This document shows positions 8,858 to 17,074 of a stretch of 64,000 nt of DNA, in pieces. This stretch comes from an uncultured Acidimicrobiia bacterium (lineage in GTDB: Bacteria; Actinomycetota; Acidimicrobiia; Spongiisociales; UBA4744): positions 5,318-69,317 of the forward strand of contig CAZWHZ010000002.1 of the NCBI GenBank assembly GCA_964633745.1, written 5' to 3'. Positions within the stretch are counted from its first letter, which is position 1, and every line of letters starts with the position of its first letter. The notes below the pieces were generated by a model. It did no database searches. It was not told the DNA's origin and was given only the letters and a program-made list of their open reading frames with translations. Both the position numbers and the translations under genes were made by a program.

Positions 8858-9863
8858 GCGTGCGCTGCTGGTTACTCACGAGGCGATGCTTCGCCATGAG
8901 ACCGGCCCCTGGCATCCAGAGCGCTCCGAGCGGCTGGCAGCGGCGATTCGAGGTGTTCGCAGGGCGGATGTCGACGTGATCGACGTCGAGGCTCCGATGA
9001 TCGACACGGTACTCCTCCAGACGGTTCATCAACCCGAATACATCGAGAGGGTGAGGCAGCGAACGAGGGATCACCGCGTCGATCTCGACCCAGACACACC
9101 GGCCGGTCCGGGAAGCTGGGAGGCGGCGCTGCGCGCAGCGGGTGCGGGAATCGCCGCAGTTGAGCACCTGAGGGCCGGCAGTGCCGAGCTGGCGTTCCTC
9201 GCGATTCGACCACCCGGTCATCACGCGCTGGCTGATCGAGCGATGGGGTTCTGTCTGTTCAACAACATCGCGATCACAGCCCGTGTGCTCGCTGATGAGG
9301 GCGCACGGGTTGCGATCGTCGACTGGGACGTCCATCACGGGAACGCGACACAGGACACGTTCCTCATGGACCCCGACGTTCTGTACGTCTCCCTCCATCA
9401 GTTCCCGTTCTATCCCGGGACGGGGTGGGTGGAAGAAGTCGGTGTCGGACCGGGTTCCGGCATGACCGTCAACCTATCGGTGCCGGTACACACGGCCGGC
9501 GACCTATATGCGGAAGCGTTTGAGCGGGCCGTGAACCCGATCCTCTCGCAGTTCGACCCCGATTGGGTACTGGTGAGTGCGGGCTACGACGGGCATGCGC
9601 AGGATCCCCTTGCGGACGCCTCGTTGGTCGAGGCCGACTATCAGATGATGGGCGCTGCCGTTCGGACAGCGGCTCCCGACAGGCGTCTCATTCTCTTCTT
9701 GGAGGGCGGCTACAACCTCGGTGCGATGGAACGGTCGATCGTCGCGACACTGGCCGGCATCAGCGGAGAGAGAACAATTCCGACGTCCTCGACCTCCCCG
9801 AAGGGAGCCTGGCGGATCCTCGATCTGCTGCTCGAGACCCAGGGACGGTTCTGGAAACTCTGA
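8856..9863 (+). CDS. Histone deacetylase-family (AcuC/Hda-like) deacetylase
   Basis: The true start is within the longer ORF 8358..9863 at MRALLVTHEAM. Class-specific motifs RPPGHHA, DWDVHHGNATQ and GYDGH are present. Confidence 0.85.
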   Translation: MRALLVTHEAMLRHETGPWHPERSERLAAAIRGVRRADVDVIDVEAPMIDTVLLQTVHQPEYIERVRQRTRDHRVDLDPDTPAGPGSWEAALRAAGAGIAAVEHLRAGSAELAFLAIRPPGHHALADRAMGFCLFNNIAITARVLADEGARVAIVDWDVHHGNATQDTFLMDPDVLYVSLHQFPFYPGTGWVEEVGVGPGSGMTVNLSVPVHTAGDLYAEAFERAVNPILSQFDPDWVLVSAGYDGHAQDPLADASLVEADYQMMGAAVRTAAPDRRLILFLEGGYNLGAMERSIVATLAGISGERTIPTSSTSPKGAWRILDLLLETQGRFWKL

Positions 9864-9916
9864 CATCAAGAAGTCGTTCGTGTGGCCGATACCTCTTGTA
9901 TCAATAGGAAGAGAGC

Positions 9917-10999
9917 ATGGCCGTACCCATTGACGAACTCCTCGCCAAGATGCGGGAAGTGGATGCATCCGACCTCCACCTGAAGGTCGGATCGCCCCCG
10001 GTGATGCGCATCGACGGCGAGCTACACCCCACCAGCCTTTCCAATCTGACCCCCGCCGACACGGACTCTTTCGCGAACTCCATCTTCAGTGAGAAAGCCG
10101 CAGACGAGTTCCGTTCGAAGGGTGAAGCGGACTTCGCCTACGGTCGATCACAGCTGGGGAGATTCCGCGTCAACGTGTACCGCCAACGCGGGTCGGTGTC
10201 GATCGTCATTCGGCGCGTCCTCTCCGAAAGCCCCGGCTTCAGCGAGCTCGGGCTTCCTCCCATCCTCGAGAAGCTCTCGCAGGAACCACGAGGACTCGTA
10301 CTCGTCACGGGTCCCACAGGATCCGGCAAGACGACCACCCTCGCTGCGATGGTCGACCACATCAACTCCACAAGGAAAGTCAACATCCTGACCATCGAAG
10401 ACCCCATCGAAGTGTTGCACTCCGACAAACTCGGCATCGTCTCCCAACGGGAGATCGGCGTCGACACCGAGGACTTCGCGGAAGCGCTGAAACGTGTTCT
10501 TCGTCAGGACCCGGACATCATCATGATCGGCGAGATGCGGGATGCGGAGACCGTCAGAGCCGCTCTGAAAGCGGCCGAGACCGGGCACCTCGTCCTCTCG
10601 TCTTTGCACACGATCGATGCGACCGAGACAGTCAGTCGAATCGTCGACTTCTTTCCCCCGTATCAGCAGAAGCAGATACGCCTCCTTCTCGCCGGCATGC
10701 TGAGGGGTATTGTCAGCATGCGTCTGATCGACAGGATCGATGGGCACGGTCGGATCCCCGCAGTGGAAGTGCTCACCATGAACGCTCGAGTCTTCGATCG
10801 GATCATTGACGAGACGAAGACGCACACCCTTGCCGACGTGATCCGTGAGGGTGAGTTCTACGGGATGCAGTCGTTCGACCAGGCGATTCTCGGACTCTTC
10901 AAAGACGGGACAGTCAGCTATGAAGCTGCGCTCGGCGCTGCGAGCAACACCCATGACTTCAAGGTCAAGATCGAACAGCTCGGTCTTGTGAGGACGTGA
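9917..10999 (+). CDS. pilT: Type IV pilus retraction ATPase PilT-like (twitching motility protein)
   Basis: N-terminal ASDLHL motif, Walker A GPTGSGKTTT, Asp box, Walker B IIMIGEMRD and His box of the PilT/PilU family. Confidence 0.85.
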   Translation: MAVPIDELLAKMREVDASDLHLKVGSPPVMRIDGELHPTSLSNLTPADTDSFANSIFSEKAADEFRSKGEADFAYGRSQLGRFRVNVYRQRGSVSIVIRRVLSESPGFSELGLPPILEKLSQEPRGLVLVTGPTGSGKTTTLAAMVDHINSTRKVNILTIEDPIEVLHSDKLGIVSQREIGVDTEDFAEALKRVLRQDPDIIMIGEMRDAETVRAALKAAETGHLVLSSLHTIDATETVSRIVDFFPPYQQKQIRLLLAGMLRGIVSMRLIDRIDGHGRIPAVEVLTMNARVFDRIIDETKTHTLADVIREGEFYGMQSFDQAILGLFKDGTVSYEAALGAASNTHDFKVKIEQLGLVRT

Positions 11000-11061
11000 C
11001 GGTGGAGTAGGGAGCGAGGCCGGGGACAGGCGCCAGCCGTCCCCGGCCTATCCTGACGCCG

Positions 11062-12438
11062 ATGATTCCTGAACGGCTCGGGTGGCTCCTCGACCCTGAC
11101 CGCACTCCATACCAGGCATCGCGGCTGTTCGTCGAAGCCGGATTCCACCTGTACCTCGTCGGAGGGTCGGTTCGTGATCTGCTGCTCGGGCGCGAACACT
11201 CCGATCTGGACTTCACGACAGAAGCCCGACCCGAGCAGATCCTCGAGGTGGTGGACGGATGGGCAGACACGACATTCACCGTCGGAGCCCAGTTCGGCAC
11301 GATCGGAGTGGTGAAACGAGGGGTTGTGCACGAGATCACCACGTTCCGTCAGGAGGTCTATCGGGATGAGAGTCGGAAACCGACCGTCCGGTTCTCCGAC
11401 GATCTGGAGACCGATCTCTCCCGGCGAGACTTCACTGTGAACGCTGCCGCACTCGAGTTGCTGCCCGAGCCACGGATGATCGATCCACACGGTGCCCTCG
11501 CGGATCTACACGCGCACATCCTGAGGACACCGATCGGTCCGGAGATCTCCTTTTCCGACGACCCGCTCAGGATGTTGCGGCTGTTCCGTTTCATGGCGAC
11601 CCTTCAATTCGACGCGTCCACTGACGCGCTGGCCGCCGTGAGGGTCATGCACGACCGCATGAGTGTGGTTTCCGCTGAGCGAATCCGCGACGAGTTGTCC
11701 CGGTTGCTCATCGCGCCCGCTCCGAGCGAGTCCCTTGCAGCAATGGTGGACAGCGGCCTGGCGGGTGAGTTTCTCCCTGAACTGGAGGCGATCGAGGAAG
11801 CAAGAGACCCCTTTCACCGACACAAAGACGTACTCGCCCACACGCTGGCGGTTGTCGACAAGTGTCAGCCGAGGCTCCGGCTGCGTCTCGCCGCACTCCT
11901 TCACGACATCGGCAAGCCGGAGACGAGACAGTTCACTGAGGGAGGCGTGTCGTTTCACCACCACGAGGTTGTGGGCGCTCGGATGGCTCGCGCTCGCCTG
12001 CGCGCTCTCCGATTCCCGAAGAACGAGGTCGAGGACGTATCCCGGTTGGTGTTCCTTCACCTGCGGCCCCACACCTTCAAGATGGGGTGGACCGACTCCG
12101 CTGTTCGACGATATGTCCGCGACGCCGGACCGCTGCTCGAGGATCTGAATCAACTGGTCCGGTGCGACGTCACAACGAAGAATGAGGCACGGGCGAAGGC
12201 CATCCAGGAGCGGATCGACGAACTCGAGGAACGGATCACCGACTTGCGACAGAAGGAGGCAATTGACGCGCTCAGGCCGCCCATCGACGGAAACGACGTC
12301 ATGTCTTTCCTGGGAGTCGAACCGGGACCAATCGTTGGTGAAGCAATGAGGATGTTGACCGAGCACAGGATCGACCATGGCCCCTACACCGAGGAAGAGG
12401 CGTATGAACTGCTCCGACAGTGGAGAACTTCGCAGTAG
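11062..12438 (+). CDS. cca: CCA-adding enzyme / poly(A) polymerase family tRNA nucleotidyltransferase with HD domain
   Basis: LVGGSVRDLLLGR...DLDFTT nucleotidyltransferase motif plus an HD domain (HHKDVLAHT...LLHDIGKP). Same neighbourhood as mycobacterial pcnA. Confidence 0.85.
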   Translation: MIPERLGWLLDPDRTPYQASRLFVEAGFHLYLVGGSVRDLLLGREHSDLDFTTEARPEQILEVVDGWADTTFTVGAQFGTIGVVKRGVVHEITTFRQEVYRDESRKPTVRFSDDLETDLSRRDFTVNAAALELLPEPRMIDPHGALADLHAHILRTPIGPEISFSDDPLRMLRLFRFMATLQFDASTDALAAVRVMHDRMSVVSAERIRDELSRLLIAPAPSESLAAMVDSGLAGEFLPELEAIEEARDPFHRHKDVLAHTLAVVDKCQPRLRLRLAALLHDIGKPETRQFTEGGVSFHHHEVVGARMARARLRALRFPKNEVEDVSRLVFLHLRPHTFKMGWTDSAVRRYVRDAGPLLEDLNQLVRCDVTTKNEARAKAIQERIDELEERITDLRQKEAIDALRPPIDGNDVMSFLGVEPGPIVGEAMRMLTEHRIDHGPYTEEEAYELLRQWRTSQ

Positions 12439-12470
12439 TCGGTCATCGGTTCTCAGTCATCGGTAGGAAC
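12439..12470 (+). repeat. Type-1 heptad array directly after the cca stop
   Basis: TAG|TCGGTCA TCGGTTC TCAGTCA TCGGTAG GAAC. Confidence 0.8.
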
Positions 12471-12513
12471 AGCGCGGGGACCACGAGGCCGTAGGGCGCG
12501 CCTCGTCGACAGC

Positions 12514-12541
12514 CGATCGTCGGAAACCGCGAACCGCCAAC
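12514..12541 (-). repeat. Inverted partner array (CGGTT subtype)
   Basis: Plus strand CGATCGT CGGAAAC CGCGAAC CGCCAAC, which on the minus strand is GTTGGCG GTTCGCG GTTTCCG ACGATCG. Tail to tail with the array at 12439. Confidence 0.6.
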
Positions 12542-12552
12542 ACAGCAAGCCC

Positions 12553-12586
12553 TTGCATAGTCATGCAGCTATACGTATAGTCACCT
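12553..12586. promoter_or_regulatory. ArgR operator (tandem ARG boxes) overlapping the argC promoter
   Basis: TTGCATAGTCATGCAGCTATACGTATAGTCACCT has TGCAT/ATGCA half-sites. By hand count, 25 of 34 positions match the site upstream of argR. TATAGT (12576-81) ends 10 nt before the ATG and no SD is visible. Confidence 0.75.
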
Positions 12587-12590
12587 GCTC

Positions 12591-13616
12591 ATGGCGGTAT
12601 CTGTCGCGATCTTGGGTGCATCGGGCTACGCAGGTGGTGAACTCGTCCGTCTCGTCGACGCGCATCCGTCACTCGAGGCAACGTACCTCGGCGCCTACTC
12701 AGCCGCCGGACAGCGACTTGAAGCGGTGCATCCCCAGCTCGCCGGAGGCGAACGCGTCCTCGGCGGGATCGACCCGGACTCGATTCCTGATGTCGATCTC
12801 GTCCTGATAGCCCTTCCTCATGGAAGCTCTGTGCTTCCCGGAATGGCCCTCGCCGACAGGGGAGGGAAGATCATCGACCTTGGGAGTGACTTTCGCATGG
12901 ACACCGCCGGCCGGTACATGGAGGCATACGGGGTTCCTCACCCGGCTCATCTCGCTCTGTCCGAATGGACATATGGTCTTCCGGAGCTGTTCGACGTGGC
13001 GGACTCACGGCTCGTGGCGTCACCTGGCTGCTACCCGACAGCGGCGTTGCTTGGACTCGTTCCCCTCGTGCAGGCGGGTCTCGTCGATCCGGCGCGGATC
13101 ATCATTGACGCGATGTCAGGGGCTTCAGGTGCCGGGCGATCGCTGAGAGAGGATCTGCTGTTCGGATCCATTGCGGATGGTGTCCGAGCCTACGGTGTCA
13201 CGGCGCACCGGCACCGTCCCGAGATAGAGATGGGGATCGAGACGGCGACCGGCATAGAGGCGGCGATCGTGTTCACTCCACATCTGGTTCCGATGCTGCG
13301 GGGCATGCTCGTGACCAGCACCGTTCCACTTACACGTCCCTCATCGCGCGCAGATCTACTCGAGGTTCTCACCGATGCCTACCAGGGGGCTCCGTTCGTT
13401 GACATCATCGGCGAGCCGCCGCAGACGCGCTGGGTCGTCGGATCCAACAGAGCCCTCGTCACGGCGTATGCCGACTCCAGGACCGGAAACGCGATCGTGA
13501 TCTCGGCGATCGACAACTTGCTCAAGGGAGCGGCAGGTCAGGCGATCCAATCGGCGAATCTGATGTTCGGTCTTCCGGAAACGATGGGGTTGCCTGCCGC
13601 GGGGCTGATGCCATGA
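12591..13616 (+). CDS. argC: N-acetyl-gamma-glutamyl-phosphate reductase
   Basis: GASGYAGGELVRL NAD motif and active-site region SPGCYPTA. First gene of the arg cluster. Confidence 0.95.
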   Translation: MAVSVAILGASGYAGGELVRLVDAHPSLEATYLGAYSAAGQRLEAVHPQLAGGERVLGGIDPDSIPDVDLVLIALPHGSSVLPGMALADRGGKIIDLGSDFRMDTAGRYMEAYGVPHPAHLALSEWTYGLPELFDVADSRLVASPGCYPTAALLGLVPLVQAGLVDPARIIIDAMSGASGAGRSLREDLLFGSIADGVRAYGVTAHRHRPEIEMGIETATGIEAAIVFTPHLVPMLRGMLVTSTVPLTRPSSRADLLEVLTDAYQGAPFVDIIGEPPQTRWVVGSNRALVTAYADSRTGNAIVISAIDNLLKGAAGQAIQSANLMFGLPETMGLPAAGLMP

Positions 13617-14752
13617 GAGGAGTGACCGCAGCGAGAGGGTTCACCGCCGGCGGCGTCGCCGCCGGCATCAAGGAGGAGGGAATGCTCGACCTGGCTCTCG
13701 TCGATGCCGGCGCCTCGGTGTCTTCGGCTGCAGTGTTCACGACGTCCCGCGCTCCGGCGGCACCGGTGGTCATAGCGAGGCAGCGGGCGCAACGAGGCAG
13801 GCTTCGTGCGGTGCTCCTGAATTCTGGGTGTGCCAACGCGGCGACCGGCGACGAGGGGCTCTCGGCCACCAAGACGACAACGGCAGAGCTGGCGGCTCGC
13901 CTTGGATGTGGCGCGGACGAAGTCCTGCCGTGCTCAACAGGACCGATCGGACCGCAGCTTCCGGTCGATGCCGTCGTCGCGTCTCTCGATCGCCTTGTCG
14001 CGTCGAGCGACGATCGAGGAGGCGACTTGGCCGCGACGGCGATCATGACCACCGACACCGTGCCCAAGCAGGCGCACAGAACAGGCGACGGATTCACGAT
14101 CGGTGGGATGGCGAAAGGAGCGGGCATGCTTCGCCCGGGCATGGCCACCATGCTTTCGGTCATCACGACCGACGCCGATATCGGACACGGCGTTCTTGCC
14201 GCAGCACTCCATGATTCTGTCGACGTGTCGTTCAACTCGATGAACATCGATGGGTGCATGTCAACCAACGACACCGTCGTCGTGTTGGCATCGGGCGCTT
14301 CGGGGGTTCGACCGTCCAGCGGTGTCTTCGAGAAGCTTCTCACAGAGGTCTGCGCCGACCTCGCGCTGCAGATGGCCCGGGATGCAGAAGGGGCCTCTCG
14401 TGTCGTGACGATGCTGGTCGACGGAGCACGGGACGACTCGACCGCTCGGGAGGCCGGCAAAGCCATTGCCGACAGCGCCCTCGTCCGATCGTCGTTCTAC
14501 GGCGGCGATCCGAACTGGGGGAGGATCATCGCTGCGCTGGGTGCATCGGACGTGATCTTCGATCCCAACGAAATCGAGATTCGGTATGGGGGAAAGCCCG
14601 TGGCTTCCGGTGGCGTGGCTGTAAGCACGATGGAACCGTTCCCAGGGGACTTCGAACTCGTGGTCACGATTGGCCGAGGAGCGGGCTCGGCGCGCATCGT
14701 CACCACAGATCTGACTCCCGAGTACGTCCTGTTCAACGGGGCGCCGTCCTGA
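13613..14752 (+). CDS. argJ: Bifunctional ornithine acetyltransferase / N-acetylglutamate synthase
   Basis: ArgJ signature (GFTAGGVAAGIK...MATMLSVITTD autoprocessing site). ATGA overlap with argC. Confidence 0.95.
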   Translation: MRGVTAARGFTAGGVAAGIKEEGMLDLALVDAGASVSSAAVFTTSRAPAAPVVIARQRAQRGRLRAVLLNSGCANAATGDEGLSATKTTTAELAARLGCGADEVLPCSTGPIGPQLPVDAVVASLDRLVASSDDRGGDLAATAIMTTDTVPKQAHRTGDGFTIGGMAKGAGMLRPGMATMLSVITTDADIGHGVLAAALHDSVDVSFNSMNIDGCMSTNDTVVVLASGASGVRPSSGVFEKLLTEVCADLALQMARDAEGASRVVTMLVDGARDDSTAREAGKAIADSALVRSSFYGGDPNWGRIIAALGASDVIFDPNEIEIRYGGKPVASGGVAVSTMEPFPGDFELVVTIGRGAGSARIVTTDLTPEYVLFNGAPS

Positions 14753-15660
14753 TGGCGACCGGACACGTCGCTCCCGATCCCGTACGGCCGAAGATCGCGG
14801 TCACAATGGCCAAGGCGAAGATCCTCATGGAAGCCTTGCCGTATCTTCAGGAGTATCGGGGCAAGACCGTCGTCATCAAGTACGGGGGCTCGGCCATGAA
14901 CGACGAGCACCTCAGAACCAGTTTCGCCGGCGATGTCACGCTGCTCTCACTCGTGGGCATTCGGCCGGTGGTCGTCCACGGGGGAGGCCCGAAGATCACC
15001 TCGACGCTCGAGAAGATGGGGGTCGAATCGTCGTGGGTCGACGGACTCAGAGTGACCGACGCGGCCGCCATGGAGGTGGTGCAGTCGGTTCTCGCCGGCA
15101 TCGTGAACCCCGACATCGTGCGGTTGCTCGTCGGACACGACGCGAAGGCGTTCGGTGTGACCGGCGTGGACGGCGGGCTTCTGTCGGTACGTCGGAAGAG
15201 CGACCGGCTCGGGTTTGTCGGCGAGGTAGAGCGCGTTGACACCGGTGTCCTCGATCACATCCTGGACGCTGGATTCGTGCCGGTGATCGCCCCACTTGGC
15301 CTCGGAGCCCATGATGGGAAGGTGTACAACATCAACGCGGATACTGCGGCCGGTGCCATCGCCGCTGCGCTTCGGGCTGAGAAACTCGTCTACCTGACCG
15401 ATGTCGAAGGGGTGTACGGCAATCACCAAGAACAATCGGAACTGCTCCAACGACTGACGCTCGCCGAGCTGAAAGAGTTGCTCGGGTCTGGGAAGGTGAA
15501 GGGGGGGATGCTGCCGAAGCTGGACTCGTGTGTGACGGCGATGGAGGCAGGCGTCCACCGGGCTCACATCCTCGACGGCAGGATTCAGCACGCCGTGCTG
15601 CTGGAGATCTTCACACCGGAGGGCATCGGCACCATGATCCATCGCTCTGACGATGTCTGA
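14752..15660 (+). CDS. argB: Acetylglutamate kinase
   Basis: The true start is ATG 14752 (TGATG overlap with argJ) inside the listed ORF 14254..15660. Motifs VVIKYGGSAM and VVVHGGGP are present. Confidence 0.95.
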   Translation: MATGHVAPDPVRPKIAVTMAKAKILMEALPYLQEYRGKTVVIKYGGSAMNDEHLRTSFAGDVTLLSLVGIRPVVVHGGGPKITSTLEKMGVESSWVDGLRVTDAAAMEVVQSVLAGIVNPDIVRLLVGHDAKAFGVTGVDGGLLSVRRKSDRLGFVGEVERVDTGVLDHILDAGFVPVIAPLGLGAHDGKVYNINADTAAGAIAAALRAEKLVYLTDVEGVYGNHQEQSELLQRLTLAELKELLGSGKVKGGMLPKLDSCVTAMEAGVHRAHILDGRIQHAVLLEIFTPEGIGTMIHRSDDV

Positions 15661-16825
15661 GACGACCACCGATCGCGAGCGACGGGTCGTCATGCAAACG
15701 TACCGTCGGCACCCGGTTGAGTTCGTTCGTGGTGAAGACGTGTGGCTGTTCGACCGGGACGGGAAGCGGTATCTGGATTTCCTGGCCGGGATCGCCGTTG
15801 TCGGTGTTGGACACTCCAACCCGAAAGTGCGGGAGGCGGTCGCAGCCCAAATGGGAGAACTCGTGCATGTCTCGAATCTCTTCTACACGGAGCCACAGGT
15901 GCGTCTTGCGGAACGTCTCGTGGAGCTGTCTGGACTGGACCGGGTGTTCTTCGCCAATGACGGAGCGACCGCCAACGAGTGCGCGATCAAGCTCGCTCGC
16001 CGATCAGCGCAACGGCGAAAAGGTCCCGACGCGTTCGAGATCATCTCGCTCGACGGCTCGTTTCACGGCAGAACCCTCGCGACGCTCGCCGCCACCGGTC
16101 AACCAGCGAAGCAGGCGGTCTTTCCTCCGCTGCCACCGGGCTTCCGGCAGGTCCCTCCTGGTGATGTCGAAGCGTTGCGGACAGTGATCGGGCCGGCCAC
16201 GGCAGCGGTGATGGTGGAGACGACCCAGGGAGAGGGTGGTGTGCGGCCACTGGACGAGCGATATCTTCGCCAGGTGCGGGAACTCTGCGACGCGTCGGAC
16301 TCGCTACTCATCGTCGACGACGTACAGGCAGGGATGGGACGGACGGGTACCTGGCTCTCGTGGCAGTCGCTGGGGTTCGAGCCCGACATCGCCACGGTCG
16401 CCAAGAGTCTCGCCAACGGATTGCCGATCGGAGCGTGCATGGCTCGTGACGACGTTGCCAGTGCGTTCGCGTATGGCGACCATGCAACCACATTCGGAGG
16501 CGGGCCTGTGGTGTGTGCGGCTGCGCTGGCCGTCTTGGAGGAGATCGAGTCGCGCGGTCTGTTGGAGAACGCCGTGGCGCGATCGGTGCAGCTCCGGACG
16601 GGTCTGTCCTCGATCGACGGCGTGGAAGAAGTGCGTGGAAGAGGATTGCTACTCGCCGCGACAGTCGACCACCCCGGAGCGGTGGTGGATGCGGCGCTGC
16701 AGGGTGGCCTGGTGTTGAACGCCCTCCACGATGCCGTCCGCTTCACTCCGCCGCTGACCGTCACCGTCGAACACGTCGATCTCGCCGTCGAACGATTCCG
16801 GGCTGCCGTCTACGCCACCCGCTAG
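15653..16825 (+). CDS. argD: Acetylornithine aminotransferase
   Basis: Class-III aminotransferase (LIVDDVQAGMGRTG, TVAKSLANGLPIGA with the PLP lysine). 8-nt overlap with argB. Confidence 0.9.
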   Translation: MSETTTDRERRVVMQTYRRHPVEFVRGEDVWLFDRDGKRYLDFLAGIAVVGVGHSNPKVREAVAAQMGELVHVSNLFYTEPQVRLAERLVELSGLDRVFFANDGATANECAIKLARRSAQRRKGPDAFEIISLDGSFHGRTLATLAATGQPAKQAVFPPLPPGFRQVPPGDVEALRTVIGPATAAVMVETTQGEGGVRPLDERYLRQVRELCDASDSLLIVDDVQAGMGRTGTWLSWQSLGFEPDIATVAKSLANGLPIGACMARDDVASAFAYGDHATTFGGGPVVCAAALAVLEEIESRGLLENAVARSVQLRTGLSSIDGVEEVRGRGLLLAATVDHPGAVVDAALQGGLVLNALHDAVRFTPPLTVTVEHVDLAVERFRAAVYATR

Positions 16826-16852
16826 CTGCGGGTTCAGCCGTACTGTGAGGAC

Positions 16853-17068
16853 ATGGAGTACGTCGACGTCGGGCCAGACAGATTCAATGCGCTGCTGATC
16901 ACGGAAGCATGCAGGGCCGACGGCCTGGAGGTGGAACTCCTCACGGCTGACGACAGCGGCGTCGATCTGTGGTGGGGAGTGGTTCAGCACCACCGGCTGT
17001 TGATCCACTCGGAAGACAAACAAGCGGTGACACGGATCGTCGAACGGACCGCTCCCGGTGAAAGGTAG
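16853..17068 (+). CDS. Hypothetical small protein (71 aa)
   Basis: ORF only. It occupies the position after argD. I recognise no motifs with confidence. Confidence 0.35.
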   Translation: MEYVDVGPDRFNALLITEACRADGLEVELLTADDSGVDLWWGVVQHHRLLIHSEDKQAVTRIVERTAPGER

Positions 17069-17074
17069 GTCCAC

